64,000 nucleotides of DNA from contig NW_025765647.1 in NCBI RefSeq assembly GCF_003918875.1, positions 1,426,001 to 1,490,000 of the forward strand. The letters are read 5' to 3'. Shown here in pieces: positions 1 to 12,507 of this stretch. Positions within the stretch are counted from its first letter, which is position 1, and each line of letters begins with the position of its first letter. The notes below the pieces were generated by a model. It was given only the letters and a program-made list of their open reading frames with translations, was not told the DNA's origin and made no database searches. The stretch is from Haliotis rubra. Taxonomy: Eukaryota. Position numbers and translations under genes: made by a program.

Positions 1-41
1 ATGAAGGTCAACGTACAGATGTTCCACACAAGAATTATCAA

Positions 42-2249
42 TTACTTCAGTACAAAGTCACAGACCAGCGACAGGTGATCTGAAGGGTAAGTGTGTGATG
101 GTAGCCTGTTCTCCCCAATCTCATGAATGGTTGGCATCATCAACACAGATTTCAGACACAACTTTCTCGGTGTAAACCACACATAGTCAATAGTCCGACT
201 TAGCTCCCTCTTGACGTTAATCCCTCCTCTGACCTTCCACGTGGTGAAGGGAATCTCAGACCCATCACCAGACAGCTGAGCATAGGAGCTGGCCAGCCCC
301 ACTTTACTCTTCTTGAACACTTCATAGACTTGCTCTGTCTGTTCAGCGTTGAAATCTCCGCAGACAATCACCGGATCATCACTAGTCATGGACTCAAGGA
401 TACCGTTAAGAAAATGTCCCTGTTCATATCGAACATCTGAAAATCCGTTCTTTGCCTTAAGATGGGTCGCAGCAACATAGAACTGCTTGCTGTCATTCTT
501 CGTTTGAAACTTACAGATGATGGAGACCTGATTTGTTTCATATCCCATGAAATTCTGCAAAACAACGTTCTCCTGCTTGATGAGCTCGAGCTCATCAGTT
601 TTCCAGAAAACTGCACATCCATCAGGTCCGTATGAGATTTCACAGTCTAGACAAGGTGAGTACGGCTTAGGAAAAAATACACCCTTATATCCTTCAGATT
701 TCAGTTTTTCCTCAAAAAATGAGAATTTGTCCACTTCCTGAAGACACAGCACTGATGCATTGTAGGTGAGCAGTTCTTCCAAGATGTGTAAATGCCGATT
801 GTCCCAATCTAGAGCTTCAGGGGGGACACAGCACGAAGTTGTCATCACCTTGACTCAAGGCTGAAAATACAAACATAACAGGTATGTAGAAGATACATAC
901 AACTTGATACACAATACTTGATACGCACACACAGACTGGTAAAGACTCACACAAAACAAAAAGATCATTTTGTAATTTATTGCATTAGGATTTTAGAATG
1001 TTCATTTATAATTTTTTCAAATTTAACAAGCTGAAAAATTAAAACTGAAATTCTGCCTCGCAAAATGGCTTTTTTGATGCAATGTTTCAACAATTTGTAT
1101 TCTTAAAATGATATGTGTTTTGTTTTGGGTGGCATTATTCATTACCTTCAATCACATACTCATCATGGTCTTTGATAGTCACTGTCCAATTTTTAGTTTC
1201 ATTTATCAGTGTGACATAGGCACAATATATTTGTTTGTTTTTTGTTGAACGCCACACTCGACATTATTCCAGCTATATGGTAGCGGATTGGAAATAATCA
1301 AGCCTGGAACGGACAATCCAATGATCAACACCATATGCATCGATCTTCACAATTGGGATACGATGGTATGTGTGAAATCAGTGAGTGACCAGCCGTTAGT
1401 CGCCTCTAGTTCACACTGTCATCATATTCGGATGTTGTTTGCATATGTTCAGGTGACCAGGGATTTACATGGAGTCTTGTATTTGAGGGTCCCTGGGACT
1501 CATGCTCTTAATTTTCAGGGGTCCTGGACAACAAAATGGGGGTCCCGGACACTTATATATTATTATTAATACTGCTATTGTATTGTGTATCATGATCATC
1601 ACATTGTTACAGTAATCAAATTGCAAATAATACCAAAACCAAGCTAGTAGCAAACTCAGTGATAACGTATTGTCACCTGATTGGATTTTTTTTAAAAAGT
1701 ATTTAGACTTTTTCTGCGTCCCTGCACTAATATATTTTGTTGCGTCCATTGTCAATTATTATGCGTATAGGACACAGGAATTCGCATCCTGTAAATCCCT
1801 GGATGACCCTTCCGTAGTGATGATGGTAGGCATATATAGTGAGTGAGTGAGTTAATATTTAACGTCACATCGGCAATATCTCAGCCATATCGTGACGAAG
1901 GCATATATAGATTACCATGACTAACAGACACATGATACAGATAACCAGATTTGACGCACTGACTAAAATCATCTTTTTGTAGCGACATGTCTATTCTAAA
2001 GAGCCAAACTAAACATCACAGAGTGCTGTGGTGCACAAAAACATCCATTTCTACTTCAGAAAAGAAATACATAGCATTGAAAGTACCTTGCGCCAAGATG
2101 TTCCATTGAAATATTCTTATAGAGGGGCCATTCTCAGCACTTAATGATTTAAACTGCCGCTTTATTAGGGAGGGTAGATTCTTCTTGGACACTTCAGTCT
2201 GCACCTCCTTTAACAGACCCTGAGCTCCCATAGAGATTCCATCACTCAT
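42..2249 (-). CDS. NOCT: Nocturnin (EEP-family NADP(H) phosphatase / CCR4-like); coding exons 2249-2087 and 860-42, ~326 aa if the G6 run at 820-825 is read as G5
   Basis: EEP/nocturnin motifs IRIFQWNILAQ|ALSQGDDNFVLCPPEALDW, LCLQEVD, ATHLKA, CGDFNA, TIDYVW, YPSDHLSL. GT donor at 2086-2085 and AG acceptor at 862-861 (phase 1); upstream acceptor at 2258-2257. The true start may lie in an unseen upstream exon. Confidence 0.93.
1230..1410 (-). mobile_element. SINE fragment (family 2)
   Basis: Similar to the fuller copy at 31253-31497 (attccagctatatgg...gacaatcca...gatcaac...catcgatct...gttagtcgcct). Confidence 0.75.
1458..1801. mobile_element. hAT-like MITE in the nocturnin intron
   Basis: 12-bp TIRs CAGGGATTTACA / TGTAAATCCCTG; flanks ggtgac / gatgac (imperfect 6-bp duplication). 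Confidence 0.7.
1840..1898 (-). mobile_element. 5'-truncated SINE/LINE tail insertion (59 bp)
   Basis: (GTGA)n tail; perfect 12-bp TSD aggcatatatag at 1828-1839 and 1899-1910. Confidence 0.85.
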
Positions 2250-2570
2250 CTTCAAGCTGCAGTGAGATGGGATCAAAATAACATTGGCCCTGCAAACACA
2301 ACCAAGATGAACAACGCAAACTTTGTACAGATTACAATAATTGCAGTTACAAAAACTGCACCAAGGAACATGCAGTAGTGAACTGCTTGATAACGGTGTT
2401 AGCATATAATACAAAATAATGGCTATTTATAAACATGATAAAGCGCCTGTATCCACGTTCAAGTCGCTAACACATTATTACCCCGTTTAACCCAAGCTGC
2501 CTGTGAGGCACTAGAAGGTTAATAGTCACATGACTTATCCCACAGGGTACCGATTCACTGCTGGGTGAAC

Positions 2571-2883
2571 CAGTGTTCACGAATGGTGTTTCAAAGTAAG
2601 ATTTCATATGTCTGTCTGACCCATTGAAAAATTCACAGGACCCATAGAATAAAATTAAACACACATTTCAGATTTAATATTTCTTATATTGGCATTGAAA
2701 TTATTAACAAACATAGGATTTATAAACAGCAAACAAGTGTCACATGTCACATATAACAACTTCAGTCAAAGTCCTTGTGAAATATACAGTCAGAAACTGG
2801 GGCCGGCGGGTTGTAGATTTCTATCAGACCGTTGGCAAATCTGCCGGCTTTGTCAGAGGGTCAGACGCTATTCGTGAACACTG
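2571..2883. mobile_element. hAT-like MITE inserted in an older SINE remnant (~2470-2895)
   Basis: 14-bp TIRs CAGTGTTCACGAAT / ATTCGTGAACACTG; 5-bp duplication tgaac; removal restores ctgctgggtgaacagagg. Confidence 0.75.
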
Positions 2884-5800
2884 TGAACAGAGGCACTTTT
2901 TTTAATAAAGTTACTTTCCTAAGGTGAGGGCAGAACTGAAGTCCTACAAACTCTCAACAGTCAACCTGCCAAACATAATCACCCATCTGAGGACTCTCCT
3001 TGACAAATATTGCTTAACTTCAACTGACTTGTGACCTGGGCTCTATACACAGGACAACAGACCACAATGAAACCGAAATGTATTGTACAAGACATTGTAA
3101 TAAAGAGTTGTAATTCCATAGAATCATCCCCTTTGTTTATCACACCAACTTTCTAAATGCAACTTTTAAGAGGGTACAGAGATGTACCTGGGGTACACAT
3201 CGGTATTATCCATGCACCAACAATATATATTACTATGAAATGTACATTGTCATTACATTAACCTGCCCTTTACCTTGTCCACTTGCTGTGATTAGTACCA
3301 CGTGTGAAACATGACCGTGTACTTAGGGAAATCACACCGGATGACCCATGTCATCAGCTGATAGTAATTCATAAAGTTATCGGACGAAGATGAATAACTT
3401 AAAGCTAACTTGATAAAACTGCCATTTATGATTTGACCCACAAAATAGAGATCTTTTAACTATTAACCATTTCATACTAATGTTAGTTTATATCAAACTC
3501 ACACGATTATTTATCAAGCACCACTCCCATTAGAAAACGCCGGGTTTACCGGAAAGGATTTGACCCAAAACCGGACACAAATCAGTTTCACGAAACATCA
3601 AGAGTTAAGAAACCGGACAGTTTTATTTAACACTACGTAGGGAACCGTACACAAACAAAACATTTCATGATGATCTCTGAAGTTTACAAAAGAATAGCCC
3701 TTTTAATCTTACCCTTAAAATCTCTGTAAACGAAGTCAATGGCAACCACAAGCGTACCGGAAGAGCAATGGTGACAATAAATGACTAGGATCCCGTCTAT
3801 TGATCCGCTGAGAGGACGCGCATTGCAACAAGAATAACTTCTTTGGAGTTGGATCGCAGATCACGAGTTCAAGACCAATAATTTACTGTGGAGTCATGCA
3901 GTTTGTCCCTTCGTCAACCCGTCCCCTAGTTATAGTCCCACTTATTGTTTCATGAGAGAAAAGACAAAGAAGAAGAAAAAAACAAAACATTTTTTGACAC
4001 ATTAACTGTAAGCATTGTAAAGTCAAAAATAGACAGCAAATGAAATTATTAGCGCGTTGCAATTTCACTATTTAAAGCATTTATAGATTATGTTATGGTC
4101 TCTGCATTTATGCAGAGCACAAATCCTGTTTTCGTTTGACTGTCACGTAGTCACGCCACACTGGGAAAGACTTCTGAACTTAATTATCATCCAAAATAGA
4201 CCTTTACAGGAGAAACATAATATCATAATATTAATATACATACTTCTGATTATCAAGAATGAGTGACTGACAGGTCGACCTCATATTGAAGGAACTACAG
4301 AACGCGGCGTTAACAATGACAACAAGTAACAGCGACAACAACAACAATATCTGCTTCATTGTCATCGCAGAACGATGTCTTTGCTCCTAATATTAATCAC
4401 CAATCTCATTAAAATGGAAACATTGTTTAGCAAGAACTAACATCTGATTGAAAGAGATTGATAATTCACACTCTTGACTTGTCAACACTTCGATTAGGCC
4501 TACATTATATTGCTGGAATATTGTTGAGGTTGGCGTTATATATCGGGATAACAAAACTCAAAAAGAACTTATATAAAATTACAAGTCAGCGATTACCTTA
4601 AAGCTGTCGTTGACAGGAGTCAGTGTGGGTGAGTTGATCGGAACAGCTGTGATGTGGATCCTGACGCAGAGTTCACAATGACTCACAGGAAATCTGGCTT
4701 GTATACAGGATGCTTGCAGACAAGGCCTACAGCTTATCTATATGGTAATTTCTCAACACGCGTGGACCGCATAGTAACAGCGTATGACGTCCTACATAGG
4801 ACGTTTTCGAAAGATTTATATTCCTTATTTGTAACATGTATGCACATGAGCAGTATTTAAGCATCACCTAAATCCACGGGCATTTTTGTAAATTTTGGTC
4901 CAAACAGGCATACAACAGATGGTGGAATGCCTACTTAAAAGTCTGGGGGTCGCATGTTCACGTACTGCCAAGGCGCCAAACACATTGATGTATATATTCA
5001 TACTTGCAGTCTGTGCACTACATTTGCTGAACTGATTTAAAATATCCAAGATATTTTTATGGATTAAACTTCTTTTTTAATTTCTCTCACCAGTAGAGAG
5101 AAATTAAAAAAGAAGTTTAATCCATAAAAATATCTTGGACATCAATGTACAACTTCTAAATGCCACTGAAAGACATGATTTAAAATAGTATACGAGATGT
5201 AATGTGAGGTGGTGAGGATATAGTTTTACGCGACTTGAACCAGAAGTAGGGTCTATTTGCGCCCAACACAACTGTACATTAATTAAAGTTGAACAATCAC
5301 AAATATAAGTAGGCATACTGCAAATATAAATGTTTATGAAAAAAAAAGAAGAAAAGAGGACATGATCTTCTGCTGAGTGACTTGTATCAAGACATCAAGC
5401 AACCAATTTTTGTTTTGGGATGGAGCAAAAAAACCCAACAAAACACAAAAATATGATGCTTGTTCAATAAAAAAAAGCAGAAAATCAAACAGAAAAAGAA
5501 AGGTTAAAACGATTTAAAAGCAATTCATATATTTTGTTTAAGGTTTCTACTGGACGACATGTGCTTAGATTGTCTCATATTTGCCTGATGCAGTAACCTA
5601 CTCTAATATAGCCCTTTGGATTGAACCGTATAGAAGGTTGGGGTCCAGTGTTGCAGCAAGGGAGAATGTATCGCTTTTCTCGAGCATTGCACTTCTAAGA
5701 TTTTGTCTGATGTTAACATACCGTGGACACTCCAATAGATAGCGCTGAACTGTTTCAGGCATCTTATCACTGCATTGAGCACAAACAGGTGATACTTCTT

Positions 5801-6398
5801 TATCAACAACACTTATGTAGGCATTAAGTGCACAGTGACCAAGAAGTGGCCTATACTAGTTAAACAACTTCATCACGCCTCTTCCGACGGCGAATTTTAC
5901 AATTTTGTGCTACTGAAGAACAGAATCTGTACAGGTGTCTTCAAGCAGATCCAACATCCCACAAGTTTTGCCACTTAAAAGGAGACCGACTTCCCAAAGG
6001 CACATTCAAAATCTCGTTGACAAGGCCTGAATTCCAAATTATCAACTTCATCCTTTAGCAATCCTTACCCTATCTGCTGTTTCATAATCCTGCAAAACGA
6101 CATGAGCTGGAACCAATACAATATCACAAGATATATATTTAGTATTCACAATTGTGTTTGGTTTCAAACTTCGTAAACAATATCCTTTCTGGACCGATTA
6201 ACTCTAGAATCAATAGCTGACAATGAACCGGTAAAAATGACTGCTTCATAATTATATTTATCCTGCCATCTCAATGATTGTATAGAATTACTATAAGTTC
6301 TGCTGCATCTGGCATCATGAGGCCTGAACACAACGGAGATACTATAATCAGGGATCCAGAAAGCTCTAGCAGTACGGATCATGGCCGAATCCTTGGAG

Positions 6399-6551
6399 TG
6401 AGTGAGTGAGTTGGGTTTTACGCCGCTTTTAGCAATATCCCAACAATATCCCCAGAAATGGGCTTCACACATTGTACCCATGTGGGGAATCGAACGTAGG
6501 TTTTCGGCGTGACGAGCGAACGCCTTAACCACTAGGCTACCCCACCGCCCC
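6399..6551 (-). mobile_element. tRNA-derived SINE (family 1)
   Basis: Reverse complement begins GGGGCGGTGGGGTAGCCTAGTGGTTAA (A box), has a GTTCGATTCCC B box and ends in (TCAC)n; 14-bp TSD ccgaatccttggag at 6385-6398 and 6552-6565. Confidence 0.92.
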
Positions 6552-7377
6552 CCGAATCCTTGGAGGCGTCAGTATATATGTGTGTGTGAAATTTGTATGT
6601 CGTTCCCGAAAAAAATCCTCAGAAATCGCTCTCACCACATTTGGGTTTACATCCTTCTGAACAATGGAACTGAGTTCATAGTGTAGTACTGGCTAAGAAG
6701 AAGCTGTAATGTGAGATGAGAGGCAAGAGTTAACTCCCTTATATACCTAAGAAAAAGACTCCAGAAGGTTTCTTCAACTCCTTTGGTCAGAATATAGTGG
6801 AAAGGCCCATAGAGTTGTAGTACCCTGTAGTACCTTCCAGAACTCTGTCTAAATATACAACAATGCCCCCTGGTGTACAATGTTATACAATGAATAATAA
6901 TGCCACATAACAGTACTTTTTACATTACATTGGGTATTGAGCAAACCTTTTTCAGAAGTCCAAAGTCCAAGTGGCCTTGATGTGCTGGAATAAAATCTAA
7001 TGTGGCAATAATTGCAATGCTGCTTTTAACAAACATTAAATGTCGTCCTGTTTGGATGTATCGCTAATTTTTATTACAAACTGTGCACTGATGGATGATC
7101 ACGTATTCTCGTCACGCATTGTTGATGTATTGTAAAGGCGTTGTTCCAACTGATGACTTGTGATATCCTTACATCACCAGCAAACACCACCATCTGAGTG
7201 ACTGGCTACGTGTTAGTTTTAATATGGAAGCGTATTTGAGCCTCAGTGTAAAAAATTGTCATCTACGCAGATGATACTTTCATCTACGTAGACGATTCTG
7301 TCGTCTACGTAGACGATGTATGTGTCGTTACCGACATTATGAAGCAGCGTTACGACCCCAGACTGGATATAGTTTCA

Positions 7378-7560
7378 GTGCGTGAGTGAGTTTAGTTTTA
7401 CGCCGCACCCAGCACTATTCCAGCTATATGGCGGCGGTCTGAAATTGTCGGGTCTGGACCAGACCAGTGATCATCAGCATGAGCATCTAACTACACAAAT
7501 GGGATACGATGATATGTGTCGATCACGTCAGCGAGCCTGACCATCCGATCTCGTTAGTGA
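7378..7560 (-). mobile_element. SINE family 2, 5'-truncated
   Basis: gtgagtgagtttagttttacgccgcacccagc...cagcgagcctgacca, same family as 31253-31497. Confidence 0.8.
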
Positions 7561-8893
7561 AGCCGAGGTGGAGCTCAGCAGTGTTCAGTAGTACGTATAC
7601 ATGTATAAAGATATCCACAAAGATGATGACACAGCATGAATGTCCCTACTTCATCTCCCTGAGGTATCATCAACGTCGAAGTAAAGTATCTTCTACGTAG
7701 GTGTAAGTATTATCTACATTACGTTTCGACTGTGACACTAAAACGCGTTGCCTGTTAAAAGGGCACTGATCCAGAGCGATTAATGTTTAGCGTTAATGTT
7801 TAGGGCCAACAATCTAATTACGTCAGGTGGTCAGTCCCCGCTCCCCTCGACCGTGTCGGACGCGGGAACTGCACATGGGCAGCTCTCTACTTTGGCAGAG
7901 TTTCTTCAACCTAATCAACAGGCCAATAAGAACGGCGGATGCCCATCAGATACCGATATTTGAAAGTATCCACAGTAGTTCTTGTCTGATTGTAATAAAG
8001 TATCCCAGCAGTGTAAGCTTTTTCGTATTTTCCTGATGCGTTGATGACTAATCCAATTTGATCCCATACAATGCAGTACTTACTACTCCCTTGCTGCAGC
8101 CCATGTGTGGTGGTATAAACCTACACCTGTATAATTGTCATCATTCACCTGATGGTCAGTTAGTGAATTTATAACAGGTATAGTTTGTCGTAATACCACT
8201 CAGATTACCCGACACAGTTTTATGTCCCTCTTCTCTTCCCGTGTCTCCGTTTCCCCTCATGTTCCTATCCCGGTCGCAAAACCTTCCTTCCTACTCTTCT
8301 TCTCTCCTCCTCTCTTCTTCTCTCCTCCTCTCTTCTTCTCTCCTCTCATGTCTCGCGTCCCACCTCTCCTACTAATTTGTTCTCAATTTCCCATCCACTA
8401 TACTACCCTTCTACCCTCATCTCCTACCTGTTTCTCCATTCACATGCGTGCTATATCTCCATTTTCACCTGTCCATGTCCCCGTCCGCATGTTATACTTC
8501 TCACCTTCACATATGTCTGTCCTTTCCTAGCACACCTCTTCCCCTACCTTCTATATCTCCAATCTTATCTGCCCCTTTGTCCGTGGTCCCGTTATATTGG
8601 CTTTCCCCTCCCCTGCACACATATCTCCCTTTTCAACCATCTGCCCCAACCTCCGATCTACTCCTTTACTTCAATACTATTAAACAATTTTCAAATCGCT
8701 GTCCTCTTTCATGAGACTCTATATCAGTTCCCAAAGACACATTTCCTACTTTGTGACAAGGATTTCACTAACTTGTCATCTATTTCACATTGACTTTTCC
8801 TCATTTTACTCCTGTACTGAACACGTCTTCACGCTCTGTCAATGAAAGGCAGGAGCTAATAGATTATGTTTTAGTGACGAAATTTCAATTAAT

Positions 8894-9806
8894 CACAGGG
8901 ACGTTCGACTGACCAACGTCACTGTACACTGCCTTCCTCCCAACACCACTGCTCACATTCAGCCAATGGACGCTGGTATCATCAGGAACTTTAAAGCCCT
9001 TTACAAGAAGTCGCTAGTTAAACACTACATCACATGTGCTGAGAATGGACAACCCCAGACGCTAACACTAAGATTAGCAATCCGGTTCGTTAAGTCTGCC
9101 TGGGATGAAGTGAGTGACAAGTGTATCACCAATGGCTACAAACACGTTGACATAATTCCGGACGAAGACGACGAGGACATCCCCCTTGCTGAGCTGCGGA
9201 ATTTGATGCAGCAGTTTCCACGAAGTGATGTCGACGAAGTCCCAACTGCTGAGCAGTATGTGGATGAAGACACTGTCAAATCATGAACAGAGTGCAGCAC
9301 CGACAGACGACCAGTCTGATGACGATGAACAACAAACAGTTGTCGCTCCAACAGTAGCACAAGCTCTTGAACACGCAAACAACAATTGCTGACATTCTAC
9401 GAATGTAATGGCGACGAAGGTTCGGTGAATTTAGTGATGGACTTAGTGAGGAAACTGGAAGAAATCAAACCAAGAAAACAAACATCTATGACAGACTTTT
9501 TATGGAAATTATTGCTACAGTCAACGTGATGAAGTAAGATGTGTAATGTTAATGTGAGTCAACGTGATGAAAGAATGTTATGATGTTATGATTCATTGTT
9601 CTTACTATTGACTATTGATTTATTGATATACATACATGTACGTGAATAAATTTTCAATATACATGCCTTTAGGGGAGGGGGTGACAACCGTCATGAGTAT
9701 ACACCGTCAATACGTTTTGCTTGTTTGATCCAGTTAACCGGACGCCTTCAATATCCGGACGATTTCCGAGTGTAACCAAAATGTCCGGATAAACGGGGTT
9801 CGACTG
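8894..9806 (+). mobile_element. pogo/Tigger (Tc1/mariner) DNA transposon remnant: 3' part of a DDE_1 transposase plus right TIR
   Basis: Frame reads LTNVTVHCLPPNTTAHIQPMDAGIIRNFKALY...AIRFVKSAWDEVS (pogo/CENP-B DDE_1 signature); stop at 9284-9286; terminal ...ccggataaacggggttcgactg at 9785-9806. Left TIR not found. Confidence 0.9.
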
Positions 9807-9849
9807 AAATAAAAGTCAACAATGTTCTTGAACTTGAGAGTTTTTTTTT

Positions 9850-10075
9850 TTTTTTTATCATTGGATATTTACATAGTCCATATATATCCACGCATCGGTG
9901 CATGCTCAAGGCGCTGGTATTTTTTCCCCTCGATTACTGGATGTCAATTTCAACGGCACATCTTATTATCAATCTCAACTCCCTGGGGACCATACAACTC
10001 TTACTGCCACACCAAGTTATTTCCCTTACGAGGTACACATTCACAGCTGGGTGGACTGGGACACATAGTGACAGT
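9850..10075 (-). mobile_element. Old SINE-like element
   Basis: ggtacacattcacagctgggtggactggg core similar to 2546-2570; gcgccttgagca...ggata tail next to a T-run (poly-A on the minus strand). Confidence 0.5.
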
Positions 10076-10440
10076 ACTTTATCCAAGTTTACTGCACCTT
10101 GTTCTACCCGCAACTAGGTGTTTCAACGTATCCATGTGCCCACCATCGGGTCATATACCAAGTACTTTTTTGTTTTACCTCTATTCTACTTACTCTATAT
10201 ACGTTTAAGACTACTTTTGCCTGTAGTAGCCGTTGAAGCACTGTCAACCCAGAACACACAGAGAACCTGACAACTTACATGGTCATAAACAAAGTACATT
10301 TTATTATTATATAATGACTGCCTGGGGATTGACAGTGCACTGTACATAACCTGGAACACTCCAACACCATCCCAGTATACATAACCTTTTAAGCCAAATA
10401 TTTTCATAATTCTTGCAAGTGCTCATAAAATCCTCATTCA

Positions 10441-10700
10441 AGAAGGATAACTCTAATTGAATAGCGAACTATACTAGAGTAGCTTCCCTTTGAAAGACGT
10501 TCGAATTTCAGAACGTTTCTTCTCCATGTTAAATCAGAACAGCTGACATACTAGGTGTTGATGTAGATCTATCAATATCTACAATACACAAAGACGGAAG
10601 TGTAACCTATGCATAAATTCGGCGCATGCGTGGTCCTGTCGACTGTAGCGGCGTCATGACAACAGTTAGATCTTCCTTGTCAGCCATTTTGAAAGAGAGA
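10441..10700 (+). promoter_or_regulatory. Putative promoter of orphan gene copy A
   Basis: ETS-type CGGAAGTG (10595-10602), NRF1-type GCGCATGCGT (10622-10631), YY1-type GCCATTTT (10683-10690) and AGAGTAGCTTCCCTT (10476-10490). All are retained in copy B. Confidence 0.6.
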
Positions 10701-10770
10701 CGTTTTTGCAGTTTTATCGTACAAAATACGACTCTAAACGTGTGTCGAGCTTGAAGAGGTGGAGAAAACA

Positions 10771-12507
10771 ATGAATCCTTCTGCACCAGGTATATGGAAA
10801 TGTTCTTCTCAAAGCCGCCTGTGATTGTTATATAGTGTTTACAATGGAGAAATTCCAAAGACGATGATGTGTCGAGCCATCAACATCTGCCCAGTCAATG
10901 TCTGAATGTAGTTCTCATATTATTGAGTTGTACAATTGATATAACAGGAGGTTTTCCTCAGCTACGTAAACATTTAAGACATTTTAGATGTAGCGGTATA
11001 AATAACAACATGACGCACTGAATATTCGACTTGTTTTGAGAAGACCTAACCCAAGTTTTAGTCATCTATGTTTTCAAAATGTCGAATTACTGTGTAGACA
11101 GTTTAGTAAACTATTCACTGTCACAGTGGCTGTGACCCGCCTGCCCCCCGGGCTTCGGACAGTGGTGATGGGAGATGGGACAAGATGCCTGATAGATAGC
11201 AACACTATCTGGATGCCAGCCGGTAATGCTGTTGGCCTCTCCCTGGGTGCTGCCTACCGACAACCAATACTTATTCATTCTGGAGCTCAGCCTGGTAGCC
11301 ACCAACCACCTACAGTCACGCCTCCACCTTGCAGTGAACATGAGGAGACAACGTCTGTCTGCAAGCCAAGCTTAGCACAAGACCTGCAGCTGATGAGACC
11401 AGAGGTATGCTTTTGTATTTTCTCTACATTTGATGATTTTACAACAGAACAAAATGAGGTATAGCTACAGAATAACGGAAACCTACCAGCCATATTGTTT
11501 GGTGTCACGTCACCCTAACCCTAACGCTAACTCTAAACCTTACCTCAACCCTAAAGTTTACCGTAACCCTAAGTAAACTTCAAAGATGGCGGAAGGTATC
11601 CAGTATTCTGTAGTCTTACCCAAAATATGACATTCGTTCAATATCATAAAAGTGATACCATTATTGTATTGTCCATTAGGCCTTCTCCTGTGTTCTGCCC
11701 CAACTTGACCTACCCAATCCAGTTCCTCCTCCCCAGTCTCTAGCCAGTGTTGACATGCCTGCTATGTCTACAATAAACAACCCTAAACTCCAACTAAAGC
11801 GAAAACCTGAGCTGAAGCCCTGCAAACGAAAGCCCAAAACGTTCAGGCCAAAACCTCAACCAAAGCCTCGCATTCCTAAAGAGACAATGAGCAAGCATCA
11901 GCCTGAGAGCAAGCCCTACTTTGTGCCTCAGCCTCTTGGAGCTAAGCACATCAAAACCCAGAGCAGACCTTTGGGGAACCGTATCACTAAGCCCTCAGGT
12001 GGTAATGGTATCATTAAGTCCTCATGTAAGCTTAGTTTTGCTGAAGAATTACTGTTTGCTGATGAAGCTTACTTAAAGCCAAAGTCTGTTTTACCAAGGA
12101 CATTGCCTGTCCCTGATAAGAATGTAAAAGATAAGGCTGCTTCAGCATTAGAGCATTCTAATTCTGCGGCTACCAATGGTGCAACAGTAAATGTTAATCC
12201 TGCCAAGGCAATGGACAAAGCTGATCCTAGCTCTGATGATGAATATGATGTGGAATATCTTTACCTTACTAAAATTATTTTAAGGAAAAAGAGGAAACCC
12301 ACTGCTGAGCCCTGCAAAGAGTCCCAACCCTCACGCAAGAGGAAGTGTCCAGATGACAGCAGTGAGGTACCCCAAGCTGCAAAGCAGACAAGACTGGAGG
12401 AGCCCCAGGACGCTCTGGAGCCACACCAGGACTCTCTGGAGGACCTGGAAGCTCTCTTGGCTGAGTACAGCTCCAGTCTGTCATCTGGCACCAGGGACTT
12501 CTTCTAA
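10771..12507 (+). CDS. Orphan three-exon gene, copy A (exons 10771-10789, 11127-11404, 11680-12507; 374 aa), predicted disordered nuclear protein
   Basis: ATG AAT CCT TCT GCA CCA G|gtatat ... tcacag|TG GCT...CCA GAG|gtatgc ... cattag|GCC TTC...TTC TAA. Phases 1 and 0 join without stops (1125 nt); the splice sites are conserved in copy B; AATAAA at 12699-12704. Confidence 0.75.
11458..11620. mobile_element. MITE with internal telomere-like (CCCTAA) repeats, in intron 2 of copy A
   Basis: ~35-bp imperfect TIRs starting GGTA; flanks caaaatga / caaaatat; empty site caaaataa at 17150-17157 in unit B. Confidence 0.8.

Noticed and set aside
2985-3110. Possible Penelope-type hammerhead remnant (CTGAGGA...CGAAA...AATAAA)
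   Set aside because: Spacing is too long and no supporting stems were found.
10607-10690. Antisense AAAATGGCTGAC start (MADKEDL...) suggesting a divergent gene
   Set aside because: Short, and the frame is not conserved in copy B; better explained as a YY1-type motif.
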